In this document: positions 54,336-64,000 of the stretch, one piece after another
Position numbering within the stretch: position 1 is the first letter of the stretch
Layout of the letters: the number at the start of each line of letters is the position of its first letter
DNA from: Octopus vulgaris
Lineage: Eukaryota
NCBI GenBank assembly: GCA_951406725.2
Contig: OX597817.1
Span: 141,484,001 to 141,548,000, forward strand
DNA length: 64,000 bases
Reading direction: 5' to 3'
Made by a program: the position numbers and the translations under genes
Notes under the pieces: generated by a model
Seen by the model: the letters and a program-made list of their open reading frames with translations, nothing else
What the model was told of the DNA's origin: nothing
The model's database searches: none

Positions 54336-55163
54336 TGTATATGTACATATGCATGCGCTTGTGTGTGTGTGAGTGTGTGTTTGATACGTGTATATTTGTG
54401 TCCGTCTATATCGACTATTTCTTAACACTTGAAAACCAGTGCTGGTTTGTTTACGTCCATGTAACTTAGCCTATCGGCAAAAGGTACCGGTTGAATACGT
54501 ACCTGACTCTTAACAAAAGTTACTGGAATCGATTTGTTCGATTACATTACTTGAAGGCTAGGCTGCAATCCAATGACTGGAGCACGTAAAAGATAAACGC
54601 ATATAAAATTTGCCAACATAAAATAAATCCGAAAATGTCGCTAGTTAAAATCTTTTGGTACCTGAGTGTTTCCTGACTCAATATTTACCATTTTGTTTTT
54701 GTATTCTCATTGAACACATCATGTTCATTATTATGAATATCTAAATTTAATGTTGGAGAACTGCTGATGATAAAAACGAAAACGTTTTATCGTTGGCGCA
54801 TATGTTGAACTAGAGTGCAAGAAAAAAGTACGTGTCGATCTAATTACAGCTATTTTACAACTATTAATTATATTCGTAACATCCTCTTCGTCTCCCGGCA
54901 TTTTATATTGTTATCAATTGAGATGACATATCCAGTAGTGCTGGCGAATATTAATAATTTTTCTCCTTTCATTAGACATTTTAGTTTTTCAAGTCATGAG
55001 AAAATTGAAAATCCGTACAAATGTTCAATTTAAAATTGTAAACTTCATTCCAACTTTCATACTGCAAAGGGCGATTCCTGTATTTTGTATAATGAGTTAC
55101 CAAAGGTATTTGTTAGTGAGAATTTGATTCTATATTGATGAAGTGTATATTTTCAGTAGATTA

Positions 55164-55704
55164 TACGAGGGTGAGGCAAAAAGTAATGCCGTTTTGTTTA
55201 GGACAGGTATAATTACCTACACAGGAACACGTATCATACATCAAAATGAAGCTGATCCTCTGTGGATCACATTCCTACTTCTCAACATAGTCACCGTTTC
55301 TGTCAATATCTTCGAATGAGAGCATATATCCTTGCAACGTAAAATTCTGTTGACTGTTCTTTGAGCCACTTCTTCACTACAGTTTTCACTTACTCGTCAT
55401 TGGAAATATGTTTGTTTTTCAAACCCTCTTTCACGGGGCCGAAGAGATGATAGTCCAGTGACGAGGAAGTGGAAACTGTAGTGAAGCAGTGTCTCAAAGA
55501 CAGTGAACAGAATCATACGGAGCAGGGATATATGCTCTCATTTGAAGGTGGAACATTGCTATTGACAGAAGCGGTGACTATGTTGAGAAATAGGTATGCG
55601 ATCCACAGAGGACCAGCTTCATTTTGATGTATGATACATGTTCCTGTGCTGGTAATTTTACCTGTCCTAAACAAAGTGGCATTACTTTTTGACTCACCCT
55701 CGTA
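55164..55704. mobile_element. Palindromic mariner-derived MITE
   Basis: TA-CGAGGGTGAGGCAAAAAGTAATGCC...GGCATTACTTTTTGACTCACCCTCG-TA; ~230-bp arms encode the mariner C-terminus (GIYALI*RWNIAIDRSGDYVEK*). Confidence 0.9.
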
Positions 55705-55739
55705 GAATTTAAACGTTTAAATCTAAATATATACAAGGG

Positions 55740-56195
55740 AAATTTAGTAAATTATTTTGTTGACTCAAAAGTTTTGCAATATTTCGGTAAGTTATTTGCT
55801 TTTATTTGTCAAATTACAACGGAAGTAGCCTGCATTCAATGTAGAAGCCATCATGTTCCATCCTCTGAAGCCAGATTCCTGCAAATTCTTTGATCCCATA
55901 CCGATACCACTTGTTGCCCTTCGAGGTGAGGAATTTCAATGAAGCTTCCACCAACTTTTGGTCGATGAAGTGCCGCGAGCGCAAGAAATGAGCCATGGAT
56001 CGGAACAAATATTCATCCGAGGGAGCTAGGTTCGATCTATATGCTGGATGTGCCATAAGTTCGGTTTCTTCAAATTCCAGGGGTTTATTCCGGGTCATTC
56101 GAGGGGTATGAAGTCTTGAGTGGTCTTGCTGCCGAAGAGCTCGCTTTGTGTTAGCTAATGCTCGGTATAGCATACATCCGCTGCAGCTGCTGTAT
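55740..56195 (-). mobile_element. mariner transposase relic, catalytic C-terminus
   Basis: QQDHSRLHT...HPAYRSNLAPSDEYLFRSM, a degenerate HDNA/YSPDLAPSD. Confidence 0.85.
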
Positions 56196-56210
56196 AATTT
56201 AACGAAATAT

Positions 56211-56424
56211 TCTTTTCTACTCTAGGCACATGACCGGAAATTTGGGGGAAGTGGGCCAGTAGTTTAGATCAACCCCAGTACGCAACTGGTACTTAATTTA
56301 TCGACCCTGAAAGGGTGAAAGGCAAAGTCGACCTCGGCAGAATTTGAACTCAGAACGTAACAGCAAACGAAATACCACTAAGCATTTCGCCCGGCGTACT
56401 AACGTTCCTGCCAGCTCATCGCCT
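56211..56424 (-). mobile_element. SINE family A with ~16-bp TSD
   Basis: TAATTT(A/T)ACGAAATAT on both flanks. Confidence 0.9.
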
Positions 56425-57750
56425 TAATTTTACGAAATATAGCTAAACCTTTGACTCAATGCAATATTATGAATGGCCACGTGATAACTCTGGGGTTCGT
56501 CTCTAAATATAATCCATAGAATTATAGAATTATATGAAGACTTCCATTACTTTATCTTACGTCATATTTCTTACCCGACTGCTTAGATTAATACAGAAAC
56601 TATAGATTATAACTAAAAGACAAGAAAATTAATTCAGGATTTCAATTAAGTCAAAGACTTATAGTAATGAATCGAAAAGAACTGACAAAAAACGTGTCAC
56701 AAAAGAATTCCTTCAATTGGTCAAAATATCTGCTAGAAATAACAGTCGAATCTTTCTCATGCATGTTATCTAATGGTCACAACGTTTTAAGGCACTAAAC
56801 AAAACATCATCTAAGGAAACGTAACCGTAGTGATGATATGCCTGAAAAAGAGAAAGGATAGATGTTGTAATGCGTCTGATAATAGGTCTTCTACAGAGCA
56901 CCAATTTTAACACTAATCAAAAATATTAGCTTTATATCATAATATATTCGTAGAATTGAATTTCCCAAGAGAAAAACAACGTTAGCAAAGTTATAACGGT
57001 TCATATTTCCAACTAGTTGTACTTGTTGCTCATCATCTGAGCAAAATTTGCTACAAGAAAATTAACATTGGAAACAACAGATGTGATAGAGTTGCAGCTC
57101 TAAATATTTGGATAATAGACCAGAATTAACAGTATAGTAAACCAGTGAAAATTGTCGCTTTTTGAAAGTCATAAAATGCCGGCGGAAGATAACATCAGTA
57201 GATGAGACAAGCTAACACTGACTTAGCTTCGCTGATTGACAGATAACGGTATCGTTTAGAGAATGCGTGGGCTGAGACTACGCTCCTTCGTTGGTCAGTT
57301 AAAGTTGAGACAGTGTCACGTGACAACTTGCTGGGGATGCCTACTGGAGCCTTGCAGTAGGTATTTAAAGGGAAAAAAATTGACAAGACAGTCAATCGCC
57401 TGCTGGCACTCGTTGACGCTACATCGAAGAGGCCAAGTAACAGAAGAAAGAAGAAAGGAGACATGCACTCAACACCAGAGCTGAAGACACCCCCGGAAGG
57501 GGGGGGGGGGGCGCCACGTCAAAACGGTAGAGAAGTAGGGGCCGAAACCGGACGTGGTTCCTCCTGATGATGTCTTGAGCTAACTGGATCCTATAAACGA
57601 GCTGTTGTAGTTGCAGACCACGAAACACGGTTGTAATTCCTCCTGAACCCAAGCATATAATCGTAATCGTGCATGAATCTGTGGCTCGAGAGGAGACATT
57701 TTTCTTGTTTTCAAATATAATGAGAAATGTCTTCAATGATGTGTTGCTGT

Positions 57751-58263
57751 CTTCTTCTTCTTCTTCTTCTTCTTCTTCTTCTTCTTCTTCTTCTTCTTCT
57801 TCTTCTTCTTCTTCTTCTTCTTCTTCTTCTTCTTCTTCTTCTTCTTCTTCTTCTTCTTCTTCTTCTTCTTCTTCTTCCAATCAGGACTCACGCCATTAGC
57901 CACAAAGAATAATCTCTAATTCGAGTCTACTCTAAGCTACTAAGAATGCTTGTGGCAACTTGAAGATACACACACCACACGCGATAGACTGGCGGTTGCA
58001 CGGTCGCAAAAGCTACGTTGTTATCCTCATTCCGTAAACGGTGGCTTTTAACGGGTGGAGAGCTGAACCATCCTGGGGTACAGTAGATTCGCAATCTAGA
58101 CTAGGGTCTGAAAGTTTACCACACCATATTGGGTTACACCATGGTTCCTCTGCTTTGTGGTAGAAGTAGGAAGAAAGAGTGAGAGAAAGTTGTGGTGAAA
58201 GAGTACAGCGGGGTTCACCACCACTACCTGCTGGAGCCTCGTGGAGCTTAGGGTTTTTTCTTA
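57751..58263 (-). mobile_element. 5'-truncated copy of the (GAA)n-tailed SINE with 10-bp TSD
   Basis: GTGTTGCTGT at 57741-57750 and 58264-58273; ~125-bp (TTC)n tract; body matches 7085-7470. Confidence 0.88.
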
Positions 58264-58848
58264 GTGTTGCTGTTTCATACGCATAGTCCCAAACACAGAT
58301 ATTCTAGAATACTCTTGGAATAACGCAGAGTAGCAGTCATAACATCACCTTAATTGAGATAGCATTTGATGACAACCTAATATGTTTTCGGGAAGTCTAT
58401 TCGCAGGTTACCAAAATTGAACTCGCTGTAAATAGACAACCTTGCAGATCTGAGATTAATTTTTTTGGCTCAAATTTCTCACACAGGATATCTGTGATTC
58501 AAACTGACTAGAATCAATGCTACACACTTTTACACGCTGCAGGACCTCTTGGAGAACTGTACATGGCAAGAAGTATTCATTATAGATTGTACAAGGCACA
58601 AATGGCGAAAACTATCGTCATTTTGGCAAACCATCAAGACAGCGTTTTGCCTTCAGTCAAATGCAATTCACAAGGGACTGCCACTGCTTGGAACAGTTTG
58701 CGTTTTGCTGGCAGTTTTACACCCTGTCATTTCCCGCAGCGATTAATGAGTAAGCCGTAAGGGGATCGCCTGCAGCTAATTGCAGGCAGTAACCAACCAA
58801 CCACCGTGAACAGGCTCTGTTAAGCACATATATACATATATATATACA

Positions 58849-58910
<62 letters not shown>

Positions 58911-59189
58911 ATTTGTGTGTGTGTATGTGTATATATACATATGTACTTTGATACGTATACATAGAAACAAGTATAAACACTCATAAATATACACATATGC
59001 GTGTATACAAGCAAATACATATGGAAACATACGTGTGAGTGCGTGTGTGCTTGTGTGTGTATTATTAGATAGATAGATAGATAAATAGATATATAGACAG
59101 ACAGATAGATACGCAGATAAATAGATAGATGGATGGTCAGATCGATAGACAAATCGATCGAGACATAGATATATACAAGTGTCTGTATG

Positions 59190-59237
<48 letters not shown>

Positions 59238-59282
59238 AGTGTGTGTGAATGAGAAAAGAGTAATTTTATTATTTTCGATAAT

Positions 59283-59685
59283 TAGGCGCAGGAGTGGCTG
59301 TGTGGTAAGTAGCTTGTTTACCAACCACATGGTTCCGGGTTCAGTCCCACTGCATGGCACCTTGGGCAAGTGTCTTCTACTATAGCCTCGGGCCGACCAA
59401 AGCCTTGTGAGTGGATTTGGTAGACGGAAACTGAAAGAAGCCCGTTGTATATATGTATATATATGCGTGTGTGTGTTTGTGTGTCTGTGTTTGTCCCCCT
59501 AGCATTGCTTGACAACCGATGCTGGTGTGTTTATGTCCCCGTTACTTAGCGGTTCGGCAAAAGAGACCGATAAAATAAGCACTGGGCTTACAAAAGAATA
59601 AGTCCCGGGGTCGATTTGCTCGATTAAAGGCGGTGCTCCAGCATGGCCGCAGTCAAATGACTGAAACAAGTAAAAGAGTAAAGAG
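59283..59685 (+). mobile_element. SINE family B, full length, young
   Basis: Complete head, linker and (GTAAAAGA)n-like tail. Confidence 0.92.
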
Positions 59686-59821
59686 AGAGAGTGAATTAAA
59701 CCCTTCCAATGAAGAAGTAAAAGGTTTCTAACAAGGAAAGAATTCTTGTTCCTGGAATTTGAACAAAGACGAAATGAAGATACAGTTTCGTGTTGAAGGA
59801 CAGAAAAGAGTAGAAAACATC

Positions 59822-60342
59822 TATTGGGTCATCCCATAAATAATGCTGTTTTTTATACTTCTTTTATTTTTCAAAATTAAGATAAACTAATTTCTTTTTT
59901 AATCTAAAATATCCTCTCCTTCATTTTCTACAATGTTCTTCCATCTTTCTAGTAGACTTGCAATGCCTCTTCTAAAATTCCCATGTCTGTGACCAAAAAT
60001 ACTCTTCCGGTACTGTTCTGAACTCGTCTACAGAATTCATATTTTTTCCGTCCAAATGATTTTGAAGACTGCGAAATAACTGATAATCAGATGGGTCAAT
60101 GACCGGCGAATATGGTGGTTGGGGCATCGTTTCCCTTTCAAAATGCTCAAGCCTTTGGAATGTCATCCTCACTGTATGTGGCCGAGCATTATCCTGATGG
60201 TAGAATACCTTTCGTCCCGCAACCAAAGATGGTCGCTTTTCTTCTAGCACCGACTTAAGCCGTTCAAGCTGTTCGTAGTAGATCTCCTTTCTTATTGTTT
60301 GGTTTGGGTTTAAAAGTTCAAAGTGGACTAAACCTTTCATTT
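59822..60342 (-). mobile_element. mariner transposase relic, 3' half with TIR
   Basis: HQDNARPHT...PPYSPVIDPSDYQLFRSL; TA-TTGGGTCATCCCATAA terminus. Confidence 0.9.
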
Positions 60343-60344
60343 CT

Positions 60345-60830
60345 AGGCAGGGCGATCTTGTGTTCCATTTCCCAGGAATCAGGGGTTGATCTGAAAGCGA
60401 TTCAGGGACGGTTTTGAGAGTATCTGTGAAACGCGTTTTCTGTCAAACTTGTGCGCGCTTGTTTTCTATCTGTTCACTGTAAGTAGTCTTTTGTGTAGTC
60501 GTCTGTCAAATATTCAAAGAAGGACACCTGCGATCGCTTCAGCAATGTGTAAACTCTTCGTTGATCAGCTCAAGAGAGGACTTCAATGTGTGTGGCCTTG
60601 TCTTGCTAGGTAATATTTAACAGCTTTCACAGACAGTACATGTGGTTTAGCAAGCATACATTAGTGCAAGCAATACAGCTGCGTGTGTAGCATAACTGGA
60701 GAATGTACTACTAATGTATTTGAATTTATCAACAACCACCAGAGTTTCCTCTTCGACAGTGATAGATGATTTTACATAAAACTGAGCGCTTTAACATAAT
60801 GAAAAGGAGACACTTAAAACCATTTCATGG
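60345..60830 (-). mobile_element. Decayed RTE-clade LINE 3' region
   Basis: AAVLLALMYAC*T...TYSEQIENKRAQV*QKTRFTDTLK resembles the RTE/BovB C-terminal motifs LLYACETW and GKR..GGQK.RF.DTLK. Confidence 0.55.
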
Positions 60831-61548
60831 TGGGCCAAAACACCAGACACTCTCACAGAACAATTTTATGTAGACAGAAAGATATATAGATAGATGTGTT
60901 AGAAACATAGACGGACAGACAGACAGATAGATAGACAGATACATAGATAGATAGATATATCGATAAGTGTGTTTATCAATACATACATATATATATTTGA
61001 ATGCAAATGTACACGTCTAGTCTCATTTACTTGTAACATTTTATGAGAATCAAATATATATCCTTATATTGTAACGACATACATGTAAAGACTTACAGAG
61101 ATATGTAGCGGGAGTGAGTATCGTTAGAGTCAATGTGACAGAGGAAGACTTGGATTGGTGACAAGACAAGAGTGCACGCGCTTATGTGCATGTATGCGCG
61201 CCTGTGTATGTGCGTGTATCATAATCCGGTGAACGAGGGCTCAATACAAGTTGTGTTTACCCTACATTTCATTTTCTTTTACATTTTTAAAATATACTGT
61301 AACCACTTAATGCACGTATATATGTGTGTGTATGTCTGTGTGTGTGTCCCCCTAACATCACCTGAAAACCGATGCTGGTGTATTTATGTCCCCGTAACTT
61401 AGTGGTTCGGCAAAATAGACCCATATAATAAGTACTAGGCCCACAAAGAATAATTCTTGGGGGCGATTTACTCGAGTTAAGGTTGTGCTCCAGCATGGCC
61501 GCAGTCATATATCTGAAACAAATAAAAGACTAAAAGAATATATATGTG

Positions 61549-61593
<45 letters not shown>

Positions 61594-61598
<5 letters not shown>

Positions 61599-61801
61599 TA
61601 ATCCAAACAAGAAAGCACAAAAAAAAACACAACAGCGCGAGGACGTGGAACAAATATAGTATTATTGGCTCAGGAGAGAAGGAAAGAAGGAGGGTTTAAC
61701 GTTTCGAGCGGAGCTCTTCGTCGGAAACATAGGAGAAGGAAAGGTCCAGAGAAGGGAAGACAGAGGGAAAAAATCGCCAACGGTACACACGTGGTCACAT
61801 T

Positions 61802-61805
<4 letters not shown>
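61594..61805 (-). mobile_element. Family D hammerhead element, copy 2
   Basis: Same termini as 12935-13139; (TA)n on both sides. Confidence 0.85.
61694..61728 (-). ncRNA. Minimal hammerhead ribozyme (core variant CCGACGA)
   Basis: GUUU-CCGACGA-A-GAGC-ucc-GCUC-GAAA-CG-UU-AAAC; perfect helix I and II, U4 changed to C. Confidence 0.72.
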
Positions 61806-61851
<46 letters not shown>

Positions 61852-62829
61852 GAACATATATATGCTCATGTATATGCACGAACACACACTCATACATTTC
61901 GCCCTAGCCGTTCTATATTTTCCAATCTACTGGACAAATCCGAATGAGAATCACTCTGCGATTTACCTTCATACACTAAACAATTATTCGCCACTCAAAT
62001 GATAATACTTGCAGGGTAGTTAAAGTACAGTTATTGATCTTCGAATCAGTCGTTCACATATCGAAGAATGTAACATGATATTTTTACATGTGGCATGCAT
62101 CTTTTATCGATTTTCATCAATTTTAGCAATAACGAAGACATTTATGTTTAAATTATTCTTAATAAGAGAGACGATTCCATCTTGCTATTAAAAGAAAATT
62201 CGTAATTAGTTATTTCATTTAATCGGATCATGAATAAAATAGCGAAGAAGATTTAAGAAAAAAAATACTCAGAACATAAATTCTACGCATTAAAAGTTAA
62301 GATCTACTTTCATTCGTAAAATACAGCCATCATTTAACTGTGAATACGTATATGTTCAATGGGGAAGCATTTACAGAATTGATAGGGGAAGTATTTTATT
62401 CGATGCATAATATAGAATAGAGTTCTCTAGTTGGCGACCTGGCAAATCGTTAATTTCACTGAGCAAAATGTTTAGCGGCATTTCCTCCGGTTCGTTACGT
62501 TCTTTGTTCAAGTCCTGTCGAAGTCAACCTTGCGTTTCGTCCCCTCAGGGTCGATAAAATAAATTAGTTGCCTGGGATGGCTATGAAAGGCTACTCATCT
62601 ACACTCAAAATTACTGGTTTTGAACCCTGAAACAGAAGTTCAGACGGAATGTTGTAATATTGGTCACGCTGAAGACACGGAAACTGAGAAATCAGTTCAA
62701 GGGCTTATGAATTAAATAAATAAATGAATAAATAAAAGATAAATGAATAAATGAATAAATAAAAGGGGTCCAGAACTAATATCGTTTTATTAGTTAGATA
62801 GATAGATAGATAGATACATACATACATAC

Positions 62830-62883
<54 letters not shown>

Positions 62884-63191
62884 TTGAATGTGTATGTGGT
62901 AAGAGGCTTGCTTCCCAGCCATGTGGTTCGTGTTTCAGTCCCACTGCGTGGCACCTTGTGCAAGTGCCTTCTATTATATTGCCTCGGGGCCGACCAAAGC
63001 CCTGTGAGTAGATTTGTTGGACGGGGCTGAAAGAAGCCCGTCGTTTATATTTATATCTATGTGCGTGATACTGTGACATTGTGCGTTTGTGATACTGCGG
63101 TTGACAACCGATGCTGGTGTATTTACCTCCCTATAACTTAACAATTCGGCAAAAGTTTCCGATAGAACAAGTATCAAGCACAACACACACA

Positions 63192-63303
<112 letters not shown>

Positions 63304-63439
63304 GGGGAATGAGTAGGCAAACGACAGAAAGAGGCACTCAATATATTCAGTTGGAATGCCATATATTATCAGTTAAATACGGCCTCAAAAAACTTCGTAG
63401 ATTCGTTACAGAAACACACACAAGTGTCTAATGCATAGG

Positions 63440-63670
63440 GATGGGTACATCACGTGTCAGTGTCTGAAAATATGTTGCAGCACTGTCCAAGTCTTGTAAC
63501 TAAAGCATTATCCAACGAACACTTTCTTAGAACTGCGATCATTCGGAATTTCCCTCTCTTGTCTTTTCGCCCTTTACAGACTTCAACCAAAAGCTGGTTC
63601 TGTTGAGCGTCAATTGCATTTAATTCAAAGTTTTGTAAAAGTCTAAAATCATAATTAGCAATACCATTTC
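63440..63670 (-). mobile_element. Possible very old mariner N-terminal relic
   Basis: DFRLLQNFELNAIDAQQN...SLDN weakly resembles the mariner HTH start. Confidence 0.35.
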
Positions 63671-63729
<59 letters not shown>

Positions 63730-64000
63730 CATATATCCCTAATTGCATAATATTTTTATTTGTGCTGTTAAATGTTTTAATCCTTTCTGTTTTCCTCGCA
63801 TACTGTTTTTCTCTGTTATCTGGTGCAGTAGGGTGGATTAATTTAAGACTTTAGCTCTTACTTCTAGCAGGTGGATGCTTGTTAAGCATCCTTACGCTTC
63901 GTACAAATTTATAACTCATAGCAATTTAATGCTATTGCGCCTGCGATCCCTCCATGTCACTGCTGGTGATATCATCAATTTTAAAATTTATCCACAGATG

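Noticed and set aside
58420-58810. Possible CR1/L2 3' remnant
   Set aside because: No unambiguous conserved motif.

Overview
AT-rich, microsatellite-laden animal genomic DNA with no recognisable host protein-coding exon. The SINE repertoire resembles that of Octopus (inference; not database-checked). Nearly all supplied ORFs are translations of simple repeats. The window consists of decayed mobile elements: several tRNA-derived SINE families, Tc1/mariner relics and MITEs, a Chapaev3-like transposase relic, an RTE LINE 3' end and Penelope-like elements (PLEs). The main result is a cluster of minimal type-I hammerhead ribozymes (HHRs): eight readable copies (some with core mutations) in four distinct carriers, plus weaker candidates. 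Carrier 1 is a tRNA-headed (Pol III A/B box) SINE with an HHR, once inserted as a head-to-head palindrome between 11-bp target-site duplications (TSDs). Carrier 2 is a ~205-bp (TA)n-flanked element. Carrier 3 is a ~358-bp terminally redundant retrozyme-like element whose two copies show a compensatory change in helix I. Carrier 4 is the 3' region of a near full-length PLE (RT plus GIY-YIG) whose ORF is broken by a clean 1.6-kb inversion between 5-bp inverted microhomologies; re-inverting it restores both junctions in frame. Coordinates and pairings were read by eye, so element boundaries are approximate.
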